Source of the DNA: a virus
Lineage: Duplodnaviria; Heunggongvirae; Uroviricota; Caudoviricetes
Virus record (IMG/VR): IMGVR_UViG_3300021256_000075
Coordinates: 64,001-100,263 of that record
Length of the DNA: 36,263 bases
Reading direction: 5' to 3' (one strand)
Below, one piece after another: positions 1-8,076 of this stretch. Within the stretch, counting starts at the first letter, position 1. Each line of letters starts with the position of its first letter. The translations under genes were made by a program, and so were the position numbers. Below the pieces are notes generated by a model, which saw only the letters and a program-made list of their open reading frames with translations, was not told the DNA's origin and ran no database searches.

Positions 1-1055
1 TTAAAAACTTTTCTGCTATCAGAACGAGGAGAATTATTGATATAGCGCAGAAATGCAAATATAGAATGATTCTAAACGGCACACCGATAAGCAGGAATGA
101 AGCGGACTTGTTTAGTCAATGGTTCATTCTGGATTGGAGAATACTCGGATACAGATCATTCTGGTCATTCGCCGCGAATCATATAGAGTATGACGAAGAT
201 ACGCATAAAATAAGAAGAACATTAAATACGGATTATCTGATTGAAAAGATCGCGCCATACTCCTATCAGATTTCAAGGCAGGAATGCTTTGAAATGCCAA
301 AGAAAAGGTATTACGAAGAACAAACTTTTATGAGCGATGAGCAGGAAAGGCATTATAATGATGTTGTAAATACCATGCTCGAACAATTGGATGAGTGTAT
401 CCCGGAAACAGTATACAGAATGTTTTCAGCCGCGCAAGCTGTTATCAGTGGGCTATATGTTACCGAAAGGAACAGGCATTTTACAACAAAACCCATGTAC
501 AAAAATCCGCATGACAATCCAAGAATTGAAACATTGCTTGGAATCATCAAAAGATTAGATTACGGAGAAAAAGCAATTATATTCTGTAAATACACGCATG
601 AGATAGAAAGCATATGTTCGGTATTAGAGAATGCAGTGCCATTCTACGGAAAACTGAGTCACAAAGCACGGCAGGACAATCTGGAACAGTTCAAGGCAGG
701 TAAGCGATTCTTAGTAGCGAACAAAACTTGTGCCGGATATGGGTTGAATCTTCAGTTCTGCCATGTAGTTATCTATTTCTCAAACGATTGGGACTATGCA
801 ACGCGGATACAGTCCGAAGATAGAGTGTACAGACTCGGACAGTCTGAAGAAGTTGAAATATATGATATTGTTGCTCAAGGTTGCTTGGACAGAAAAATAA
901 TAAGATGCCTTCAGCGAAAAGAAGGGCTTGAAGAAACGATTAAACGAGAATTAAAATCAAATAATGAGAAAGCGGCAAAAGGCAAATTTAAAAGATGGTT
1001 GAAGGGAGATATAGAAGATGACAGAGAAGATGTACATCAAAAAGAATGTGTATGA
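1..1055 (+). CDS. SNF2/DEAD-like helicase, 5' truncated by the window edge
   Basis: Frame is open from position 3 (KNFSAIRTRRIIDIAQKCKYRMILNGTP); helicase motifs GTP, GYGLNLQ, YFSNDWD, QSEDRVYRLGQ. Confidence 0.9.
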   Translation, partial: KNFSAIRTRRIIDIAQKCKYRMILNGTPISRNEADLFSQWFILDWRILGYRSFWSFAANHIEYDEDTHKIRRTLNTDYLIEKIAPYSYQISRQECFEMPKKRYYEEQTFMSDEQERHYNDVVNTMLEQLDECIPETVYRMFSAAQAVISGLYVTERNRHFTTKPMYKNPHDNPRIETLLGIIKRLDYGEKAIIFCKYTHEIESICSVLENAVPFYGKLSHKARQDNLEQFKAGKRFLVANKTCAGYGLNLQFCHVVIYFSNDWDYATRIQSEDRVYRLGQSEEVEIYDIVAQGCLDRKIIRCLQRKEGLEETIKRELKSNNEKAAKGKFKRWLKGDIEDDREDVHQKECV

Positions 1056-2343
1056 AGCTACGTTAGGACGCTTTGATTACATATTATCCGAATTTGATAA
1101 CATCTATGTTAGTTTTTCTGGAGGAAAAGATTCCGGCTTGCTCTTAAATCTAATGATGGATTACGTAAAAGAAAGGAAAATAACAAAAAGAATAGGGCTT
1201 TTCCATCAAGATTTTGAGGCGCAGTACGAGAAGACAACGGAATTTGTTACACGAATGTTTGAAAAGTATGGTGATATCTGCGAATCTTTCTGGTGCTGTC
1301 TGCCGATGGGAAGCAAAACGAATCTGAGCAATTACCAATTGTATTGGTATCCTTGGAATCCAGAAGAAAAAGATATCTGGGTACGAGAAATGCCGGATAA
1401 CAAGTATGTAGTAAATCTGGAAAACAATCCTTTTGATTTCTACAAGCCTCTGATGTTGCAGGAAGATCTGTACAAGCAGTTTGGAAAATGGTACAGAGAT
1501 CATTGCGGAGGCGGTAAAACAATTGCTCTGATTGGTATGAGAGCAGATGAGAGCTTGCACCGCTATTCGGCGATAATCAACAAGCGGCATCCGTATAAAG
1601 ATGCCATGTGGATATCAAATAATTTCAAGGACGTTTGGACTGGCGCACCGCTATATGATTGGAGCACCGAGGATATCTGGATAGCAAATGCAATGTTTGG
1701 CTATGATTACAATCGCCTTTATGATCTGTTTTACAAAGCAGGTATAAGCATAGATCAGATGCGCGTTGCATCCCCATTTAATGAGTGGGCATCACAGAGT
1801 TTAAATCTGTACAGGGTTATTGAGCCGAAGACGTGGGCAAAACTTGTTGGCCGGATACAGGGCGCGAATTTCGGAGCAATTTACGGCGGTACAAAAGCAA
1901 TGGGATACAAGCAAGTAACACTGCCGAAAGGCCATACGTGGCAATCATATACGATGTTTCTTCTTTCCACATTACCGGAAGAACTAAGAAATAATTATCT
2001 GGAGAAATTTAACTTTTCTATCGATTTCTGGCACAAAACTGGTGGTGGTTTCGCGGATAGTGTTATATCTGAAATTAAGGATAGAGGATACAATATCAAG
2101 GAAAATGGCATAAGCAATTATTCCAAGGATGGAAAAAAGAGGATTGTTTTTGAAGGGGAAATACCAGATAATACTGATGATGTAACAAGTACGATTGATA
2201 TTCCATCATGGAAAAGAATGTGCTATTGCATCTTGAAAAATGATCATTTGTGCAGATTCATGGGATTCGGCCCGAACAAGGAGCAACAAGCAAAAATAGA
2301 TGCAATTAAGCGTAAATACAAAGCAGTAATGAAAGGGGAATGA
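1018..2343 (+). CDS. DUF3440 / PAPS-reductase-family protein (IbrA/YbdN-like)
   Basis: PP-loop SFSGGKDS, IGMRADES, PLYDWSTEDIW, C-terminal WKRMCYCILKNDHLC..MGF. Confidence 0.88.
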   Translation: MTEKMYIKKNVYEATLGRFDYILSEFDNIYVSFSGGKDSGLLLNLMMDYVKERKITKRIGLFHQDFEAQYEKTTEFVTRMFEKYGDICESFWCCLPMGSKTNLSNYQLYWYPWNPEEKDIWVREMPDNKYVVNLENNPFDFYKPLMLQEDLYKQFGKWYRDHCGGGKTIALIGMRADESLHRYSAIINKRHPYKDAMWISNNFKDVWTGAPLYDWSTEDIWIANAMFGYDYNRLYDLFYKAGISIDQMRVASPFNEWASQSLNLYRVIEPKTWAKLVGRIQGANFGAIYGGTKAMGYKQVTLPKGHTWQSYTMFLLSTLPEELRNNYLEKFNFSIDFWHKTGGGFADSVISEIKDRGYNIKENGISNYSKDGKKRIVFEGEIPDNTDDVTSTIDIPSWKRMCYCILKNDHLCRFMGFGPNKEQQAKIDAIKRKYKAVMKGE

Positions 2344-2347
2344 AACA

Positions 2348-2650
2348 ATGAAACTGGAAGAAATACTGAGAGATATAGGTGGCAGGAAGGCCACAGGAAG
2401 AAATGTTCCTGTAGAGCTTGCAGATTATGTGTGTTATGTGCCGGATAGCGGATATTGTATCATGTGCATACCAGAGGTTTTTTCAAAAGAAGGAGAAACG
2501 CAGGCGGAAATGTATTGCGTACCTCTTCCAGAAAAGTATGTATTGGAAAAAGGATGGAGATTTCTGAATAACGGTTTTCCATGCGTGAATGTGCCGTATG
2601 ATGATATGCTTGGCGCAGTTGTCGATGAAAAGTATGAATCTTGGAGGTAA
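2348..2650 (+). CDS. Hypothetical protein
   Basis: 100-aa ORF tightly packed between the DUF3440 and ParB-like genes. Confidence 0.65.
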   Translation: MKLEEILRDIGGRKATGRNVPVELADYVCYVPDSGYCIMCIPEVFSKEGETQAEMYCVPLPEKYVLEKGWRFLNNGFPCVNVPYDDMLGAVVDEKYESWR

Positions 2651-2652
2651 GT

Positions 2653-3183
2653 ATGTATAAATCACCTGTTTACGGAATCAGATGTGTTCCGATTGAAAAA
2701 ATATGCCCGAATGAGTACAACCCGAACAGCGTTGCTCCTCCAGAAATGAAACTGCTGTATGATTCCATCAAGTGTGATGGATATACAATGCCTATCGTGT
2801 GCGTGTATGATGCTGAAAATGATAAATACCACATTGTTGATGGATTTCACCGTTACAGGGTTATGCTCGATCATAAGGATATTTATGATCGGGAAGGCGG
2901 TTGTCTCCCGGTATCTGTGATTGATAAGCCAATAGATGAACGAATGGCATCAACAATCAGACACAACCGGGCAAGAGGAACTCATGACGTTGATTTAATG
3001 GGAAATATAATTGCAGAACTTCATAACATAGGCCGCTCAGATGGATGGATTTCAAAACACTTAGGCATGGACAAGGATGAAATTTTGAGGCTCAAACAGA
3101 TAACAGGACTTGCAGAGCTTTTCAAGGATAAAGATTTTTCAAACTCGTGGATTCCTGTGGATATTGGTGATTCTGTTGTTTGA
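2653..3183 (+). CDS. ParB/Sulfiredoxin-like nuclease-domain protein (IbrB/YbdM-like)
   Basis: NEYNPNSVAPPEMKLLYDSI..DGYTMPIV and IVDGFHRY motifs; GGAGG RBS before ATG 2653. Confidence 0.88.
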   Translation: MYKSPVYGIRCVPIEKICPNEYNPNSVAPPEMKLLYDSIKCDGYTMPIVCVYDAENDKYHIVDGFHRYRVMLDHKDIYDREGGCLPVSVIDKPIDERMASTIRHNRARGTHDVDLMGNIIAELHNIGRSDGWISKHLGMDKDEILRLKQITGLAELFKDKDFSNSWIPVDIGDSVV

Positions 3184-3214
3184 TTCCGTGCAGTATTCCG
3201 TGCAGTATTTGCAC
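3184..3214 (+). repeat. Left arm repeats of att site 1
   Basis: TTCCGTGCAGTA twice in tandem (3184-3207); GTGCA-N5-TGCAC palindrome at 3200-3214. Confidence 0.75.
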
Positions 3215-3291
3215 GTAACATATTACGCTGAACGAGAAATATTTATTGAAAAGAATAAGAAAACAAAAATGGAAAAGTAAGAATACAAAAG

Positions 3292-3325
3292 AAAAAAGCA
3301 GTGATTCAAACAATCACTGCTTTTT
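3292..3325. terminator. Bidirectional intrinsic terminator behind the tRNA 3' fragment
   Basis: AAAAAGCAGTGATT-caaac-AATCACTGCTTTTT perfect inverted repeat with A/T tails. Confidence 0.85.
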
Positions 3326-3330
3326 CTGTA

Positions 3331-3360
3331 TGGTGCGGTAGATGGGACTTGAACCCATAC
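3331..3360 (-). other. att core: 3' fragment of a tRNA gene, probably tRNA-Leu (not a full tRNA)
   Basis: Minus strand GTATGGGTTCAAGTCCCATCTACCGCACCA = T-arm, acceptor 3' strand, discriminator A and CCA; no D-arm or anticodon arm upstream; about 60 bp from the integrase stop. Confidence 0.85.
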
Positions 3361-3393
3361 AAAAACGAACTATTACTTCATTTTTTTAACATA

Positions 3394-3433
3394 TGCAGTA
3401 TTTCGTGCAGTAAATGCACTATTCCGTGTACAG
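3394..3433 (+). repeat. Right arm repeats of att site 1
   Basis: TGCAGTATTTCGTGCAGTAAATGCAC (3394-3419) matches 3189-3214 at 23 of 26 positions; a further TTCCGTG at 3422. Confidence 0.75.
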
Positions 3434-4573
3434 CCCCCTTGTTTTTGATGCCAAAGAGGTGTTGATCTTGTGCTGACGATCCGCAAATAACTCCACGTAA
3501 ACGGCGTGGCTAAATGCTGAAGTGCTATGGCCCATTCTGGATGCAAGTTCGTCTTCCGTTGCTCCAGATGTGGCGACCATTGTGGCATAATAGTGCCGTA
3601 AATCGTAAAAGCGCATCTGTTCCGGCAATTCAAGCGCTTTCCTAGTTCTTCGCCAGTACTTACAAATCATGCTTGGTTTAGTGGCTACTATCCTTGCGTT
3701 TTCTACGCGTTTTTTAAGCGTGTAGAGCTTCTGGAAGAATGCCCAGTCAACAGTAAGGGTTCTTACTCCGGCTTCTGTTTTAGGGGCTTTATTCACGTAT
3801 TTTCGCGTTTCGTCGCGCACTGTTGCTTTTGATACATCTATTATGCCGTATTCGTATGTTTCCCCATTCACGGAAATTGAAATAGGCTTTTCTGAAATGT
3901 CCTCCCAAGTGAGCGCATACACCTCAGACGGCCTCAGCCCTGCGGAAATCGTGAATGAACAGTATATGTAGAAGTCGGTGCATTCGTGTTGTTCTGCGTA
4001 CTCTAGAACGCGTTTGGCGAGGTCTTCTTGGAAAACGAGTTTTCCTTTCTTTTTCTGCTTGGCAATAGTGATGGCAGAAAGGTTCAATTCCGGGCAGTGT
4101 ATCGCCATAACCTTTTTAAGCAAAAAGTACTCGTTCCGCACTGTTTTCACGCTATGTGTTTTCGATCTGTAGTTTATCGCTGTCTGAATGTCAGTAACGG
4201 TTATTCCTTCAATGGGCCTTTCCATCAATTCTGGAAAGGCGTTTTTTCTTATAGAAATGTATGCCGGAATTGTGGATGGGGAATAGTTCTGCGTTCTGCA
4301 AGTTTCCACGAACATGTCAATAGCGTCTCCAAGTGTGATGGAGTTTTTCCAGTTTGTTTCTCCCTGCTCGTGTTTCGGTATCTGGTCAACTGGCATTCCC
4401 ATCTGTTTATATAGTTTCAAGCGTGTTCTGAATTCGGATGCCATTGCTTCTGCTTCCGTTGCCGTTGGGGCTACAAACGCCTCGTATCTTTTTCGCCCAT
4501 CTTCCCTGTATCCCACAAATACTGTTCTGCGTACACTGCCGGAAGGAAGCTCGCCTTTTTTCTTTCTACCCAT
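3419..4573 (-). CDS. int: Tyrosine integrase A
   Basis: GLRPSE (R), KAPKT (K), YDLRH, MGH, AVY catalytic motifs; N-terminal arm-binding-type segment. Confidence 0.95.
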   Translation of the reverse strand: MGRKKKGELPSGSVRRTVFVGYREDGRKRYEAFVAPTATEAEAMASEFRTRLKLYKQMGMPVDQIPKHEQGETNWKNSITLGDAIDMFVETCRTQNYSPSTIPAYISIRKNAFPELMERPIEGITVTDIQTAINYRSKTHSVKTVRNEYFLLKKVMAIHCPELNLSAITIAKQKKKGKLVFQEDLAKRVLEYAEQHECTDFYIYCSFTISAGLRPSEVYALTWEDISEKPISISVNGETYEYGIIDVSKATVRDETRKYVNKAPKTEAGVRTLTVDWAFFQKLYTLKKRVENARIVATKPSMICKYWRRTRKALELPEQMRFYDLRHYYATMVATSGATEDELASRMGHSTSAFSHAVYVELFADRQHKINTSLASKTRGLYTE

Positions 4574-5036
4574 TCAGATCTTCCTCCTTTGGAAGAAGCC
4601 CCGCTGTTTCGTAGTACTCAAAAGCCTCTTTCACGAATGATTCCGGCAAATCCGCTTCCTCTGCGAATTCCCAGTAATAGTGCAGTCCGTTCTTTAACTG
4701 TTCCCGAATCCATGCAATCGGGAGCAGTTTTTTTATTGCCCATTTCGTTGCCTTTCGTTCTGCAATCTCAATTCGATCATAGGGAGAATAACGATTGTAA
4801 AACCCTCCATACAGGCAATGCCCCAGTTCATGCGCTAGAGCGGCTTTTTCCTGCCTTCTTGGCAAGTTAGGAGCAAGAGCTATATAACACCTACCCTCTC
4901 CGTCTTCGATGCTTAGAGCGGCATTTTTCCGTAAATTAAAGGTATCTATCTGCACTCCTTTCCTTTCTGCTAGTTCGTATAAATCAGAGGTTTTTACGGA
5001 TTTTGAGATATCTGGCATAGCGCTTAACTTCTTCAT
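4566..5036 (-). CDS. ImmA/IrrE-family metallopeptidase (anti-repressor); start may be 5018
   Basis: LAHELGH (HExxH) and E..A..WA motif; sits between repressor and integrase. Confidence 0.88.
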   Translation of the reverse strand: MKKLSAMPDISKSVKTSDLYELAERKGVQIDTFNLRKNAALSIEDGEGRCYIALAPNLPRRQEKAALAHELGHCLYGGFYNRYSPYDRIEIAERKATKWAIKKLLPIAWIREQLKNGLHYYWEFAEEADLPESFVKEAFEYYETAGLLPKEEDLNG

Positions 5037-5310
5037 AGTCTTCGTCCGTTACTCCGTCAAGTCCGTTAAAAAGTGCAAATTTTATGTCGTCTTCGCTAAC
5101 TTCTCCCTTTGGCGTATCTATTGGTTCATAGCAAAGCACCGTCCCCGGGGACACGTTAAAAAAATCAGCTAACTTGCGCAAACGGTCGCCAGTCGGGTCT
5201 TTCTTCTGGTGCTCCCACTCGCTCACGGTAGGGTGTGACACGCCTATTTGAAGCGCCAGTTCTTTTTGTTGCAAACAGGCTCTTTCCCGTAGTTCCTTCA
5301 CTCTATTCAT
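4984..5310 (-). CDS. XRE-family phage repressor (ImmR-like)
   Basis: HTH LQQKELALQIGVSHPTVSEWEHQKKDP; short, no S24 peptidase domain. Confidence 0.9.
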   Translation of the reverse strand: MNRVKELRERACLQQKELALQIGVSHPTVSEWEHQKKDPTGDRLRKLADFFNVSPGTVLCYEPIDTPKGEVSEDDIKFALFNGLDGVTDEDYEEVKRYARYLKIRKNL

Positions 5311-5330
5311 AGTAGCACCTCCTCGCTCAC

Positions 5331-5451
5331 ATTATAGCATAAGCTAATTAGCTATATCAACAAAAACAATGTCGCTGTATTTATAGTGTTTTACTAAATT
5401 TAAAGTTTTCGAAAAATAGGGCTTTAAATTCAGCTAAGTTTATGCTATACT
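5331..5451. promoter_or_regulatory. Divergent promoters and operators of switch A
   Basis: Leftward TGcTATAAT (5331-5339) with TTGATA; rightward TGcTATACT (5443-5451); inverted pair TATAGCATAARCTWA at 5333-5347 and 5435-5449. Confidence 0.7.
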
Positions 5452-5478
5452 ATCTCACGTACGAGGGAGGTGAAATAA

Positions 5479-5706
5479 TTGAACAGATTACGAGAAGTTC
5501 GCATTGAAAAGAAAATGACTCAGAAAGATTTGGCTACCAAGGTTCACATTTCTATCCCGTATGTCTCCGACATTGAGAAGGGTAATAGAAGCGGAAGCTA
5601 TAAAACTCAGCTAAAAATTGCAAAAGCCCTTGGAGTAAAAAGAAGAGAAATATTCAAGGACGAGGACGAAGAGGAAGACGAAGATGGAATTAAGCAGGTT
5701 GGATGA
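5479..5706 (+). CDS. Cro-like XRE HTH protein
   Basis: MTQKDLATKVHISIPYVSDIEKGNR HTH, divergent from the repressor; TTG start after GGAGG. Confidence 0.85.
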   Translation: MNRLREVRIEKKMTQKDLATKVHISIPYVSDIEKGNRSGSYKTQLKIAKALGVKRREIFKDEDEEEDEDGIKQVG

Positions 5707-5896
5707 ACAATTGCTGATTCTCCGCAAAAGAGCAGGAATGACCGTTCCTCAGTTCGCAAAGTTGATAGACATGAACAGCGGAACACTTCAATACCGCTTG
5801 AACCACATTTCAACCTTTCGGCTTTCTGAGCTGTTGAGAATAGAAAAGGTTGGAAAAAAGTATGGCTTATCAGTGCTTCAAGCACTGGTTGCATAG
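5684..5896 (+). CDS. Small HTH protein
   Basis: RKRAGMTVPQFAKLIDMNSGTLQYRL HTH-like segment. Confidence 0.7.
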   Translation: MELSRLDEQLLILRKRAGMTVPQFAKLIDMNSGTLQYRLNHISTFRLSELLRIEKVGKKYGLSVLQALVA

Positions 5897-5918
5897 ATCA
5901 AAAAGAGGAGGAAGAAAC

Positions 5919-6254
5919 ATGGAAAAGTTTTCTTATCACGTCATGTCCACCTTCAAAAACGGCATTGAAACTGACCATTTCAAGGCCCGTGTGAAGTATC
6001 CCGAAGGGATTGAAAATCCCTACAGCATCGAGCTTACGATGAAGCCTACAGTTGCTCGTGATGGAAAAGTGAATGTCACCGATTTCGGCGATGGCTATGA
6101 TTACAACGACTTTTACAGCAACGATACAAACGAGAGGTTGAACAGAACGCTCATTGAGGAGTTGAACGTGCTGTACGCCAAAATTTCCAGTTTTACGATG
6201 GAAGTTTACAGTGAGAACGAGGCGAATAAGAAGCAGATGCGGAGGGCAAGCTGA
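5919..6254 (+). CDS. Hypothetical phage protein
   Basis: Strong RBS GAGGAGG before ATG 5919; coupled to the next gene. Confidence 0.7.
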   Translation: MEKFSYHVMSTFKNGIETDHFKARVKYPEGIENPYSIELTMKPTVARDGKVNVTDFGDGYDYNDFYSNDTNERLNRTLIEELNVLYAKISSFTMEVYSENEANKKQMRRAS

Positions 6255-6742
6255 TGACACTTTACGAGATTGACGAGGCAATAGAAAGCTGTTGGTTTCA
6301 AGCAACCGACAGAGAAACAGGGGAAATCAAGCTCGAAGCTCTTGACACCGACATGCTCGACCATCTGGAGATGGAGAGAGACAAGAAAATCGAGAATGTA
6401 GGCAAGTGGGTTAAGAGCCTTACGGCAGAACAGACCGCGCTTGAAAAAGAAGCAAGCGCACTGAAAGCAAGAGCGGCTTTGAACGAGAAGAAAATTGATA
6501 GTTTGAAGAAATGGCTTGCAATTGCACTGAACGGCAAGAAAGGGAAATTCGGAACTGTAAGCATTTCCTTCCGATCTTCCGAAAGCACCGTGATTGATGA
6601 TGAAAGCAGAATTCCAGATGCATTTATGAATATCAAAACGGTTAAAACGCCGAATAAAACTGCCATCAAAGAGGCGATTTGTTCTGGCGCAAGGATTGAA
6701 GGTGCTCACATTCAGTCGAATCTATCGACCATTATCAAGTAG
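6254..6742 (+). CDS. Siphovirus Gp157-like protein
   Basis: MTLYEI start, coiled coil, C-terminal P.KTAIKEAI..G..IEGAHI pattern; position before the SSAP. Confidence 0.8.
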   Translation: MTLYEIDEAIESCWFQATDRETGEIKLEALDTDMLDHLEMERDKKIENVGKWVKSLTAEQTALEKEASALKARAALNEKKIDSLKKWLAIALNGKKGKFGTVSISFRSSESTVIDDESRIPDAFMNIKTVKTPNKTAIKEAICSGARIEGAHIQSNLSTIIK

Positions 6743-6756
6743 GAGGAGGAAGAAAC

Positions 6757-7428
6757 GTGGTAACTCTTATTTACGGCAAGAGCGGCTCTGGGAAAAGCCG
6801 CTCAATGAAAAACTTAAACCCGGACGAGGTCCTTTTGATCAATGTGCAGAAGAAGCCCCTGCCCTTCCGGGGAAAATTAAGCCATGTGTTTGTTCCCGTT
6901 GCAAAAGAAAACATGAGTGTTGTTGACAACATTATCTGGTGCATTAACAAGGCTCTGCCGAAGTATCCGAGCATCAAGGTTATCGTGATAGACGACGCCG
7001 GGTATCTGATGACTCAGATATTTATGGCAAAGCACAAACAGAAGCAGGGGAGCGCAAGTTTCGACTTGTACAACGAAATTGGAGACGATTTCTGGAAGCT
7101 GTTCAACTACCTCAACACTTTGCCGGAAGCAGTAAACACATACGTGCTTATGCACGAAGATGTGTCCGACTACGGCGATGTTAAGTTACGGACTATCGGG
7201 AAACTGCTTGACCAGAAAGTTTCCCTTGAAGGAATGGTTACGGTGTGTTTGAGGTGTATGACGGATGGCAAAACACACTGGTTTCAGACTCAGAACACAG
7301 GAAACGATATCTCAAAAAGCCCGGAAGAAATGTTTCCTTCAGACAAAATAGACAACGATCTTCAGTATGTAGATACAACAATTCGAGAGTATTACGGAAT
7401 GAACAACAGTACAAAGGAGAGTGCATAA
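6757..7428 (+). CDS. Phage AAA ATPase, Sak4-like single-strand annealing protein
   Basis: Walker A GKSGSGKS, IVIDDAGYL Walker B, GKLLDQKVSLEG. Confidence 0.8.
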   Translation: MVTLIYGKSGSGKSRSMKNLNPDEVLLINVQKKPLPFRGKLSHVFVPVAKENMSVVDNIIWCINKALPKYPSIKVIVIDDAGYLMTQIFMAKHKQKQGSASFDLYNEIGDDFWKLFNYLNTLPEAVNTYVLMHEDVSDYGDVKLRTIGKLLDQKVSLEGMVTVCLRCMTDGKTHWFQTQNTGNDISKSPEEMFPSDKIDNDLQYVDTTIREYYGMNNSTKESA

Positions 7429-7429
7429 A

Positions 7430-8035
7430 ATGTTTTTACCAAGCGACTATGACAAGGCGCAGGCGTACCAGTACGGCAGTAACTCCAACAGGCTTCCAGT
7501 TGGTGGCTACGTTTGCAACATTCTGAATGTGGAAGAAAAACCCACGCAGAGCGGTTCGATGATGGTTGTTGTGAGCTACGACATTGCGGAAGGTGAGTAC
7601 GCCGGATTCTTCCGCAAGCGTTACGAGGCTGACAAGAAGGACAACCCTTACGGAGCAAAATGGCGCGGCACGTATACGCTGTTCGTATGCAACAAGGACG
7701 GAAGCACAAACGGATGGTTCAAGGGGTTCATGACCAACTGGGAAAAATCAAATAACAGGCCGCTCAACAAAAATGCTGATTACTCCCAGATGAAAAACAC
7801 GCAAATTGGCTTGATTGTACGGGAGGAAGAATTCGAGTCTCAAAGTGGTGCAATCATGACTACTACACGCGCATGTAATTCTCTCCCGGTTGAAGCGGTG
7901 AGACTTGGAAAGTTCGAACTTCCGCAGAAGCGCACACTTCAGAGCAACAATTCAAGCACTGCTACTTCTTCCAATGTTACTGCAAGTTCGTTTGAAACTA
8001 CTGTTGTAGATGATGATAGCGATCTGCCGTTCTAA
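7430..8035 (+). CDS. Phage single-stranded DNA-binding protein (DUF669-like)
   Basis: LPVGGYVCNI start, acidic DDDSDLPF C-terminal tip, position after Sak4. Confidence 0.75.
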   Translation: MFLPSDYDKAQAYQYGSNSNRLPVGGYVCNILNVEEKPTQSGSMMVVVSYDIAEGEYAGFFRKRYEADKKDNPYGAKWRGTYTLFVCNKDGSTNGWFKGFMTNWEKSNNRPLNKNADYSQMKNTQIGLIVREEEFESQSGAIMTTTRACNSLPVEAVRLGKFELPQKRTLQSNNSSTATSSNVTASSFETTVVDDDSDLPF

Positions 8036-8036
8036 G

Positions 8037-8064
8037 GGGATAGGGCGAAAGCCCTTCCCTGTTT
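8037..8064 (+). terminator. GC-rich GAAA-loop hairpin, possible weak terminator
   Basis: GGGATAGGGC-GAAA-GCCCTTCCC followed by TGTTT. Confidence 0.45.
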
Positions 8065-8076
8065 AAGGAGGATTCT

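Noticed and set aside
3331-3360. Complete tRNA gene
   Set aside because: Only the T-arm and acceptor 3' strand are present and the upstream sequence cannot form D or anticodon arms; treated as an att core
3184-3433. CRISPR or transposon terminal repeats at att site 1
   Set aside because: Short direct repeats flanking a tRNA fragment next to an integrase fit arm sites better; no transposase
3373-3633. Minus-strand 86-aa ORF and other short ORFs overlapping integrase A
   Set aside because: Alternative frames within a well-supported gene; no RBS or motif
8041-8056. Lambda boxB (nut) site
   Set aside because: Stem arms are in the opposite order to GCCCT-GAAAA-AGGGC and no boxA or N-like gene was recognised
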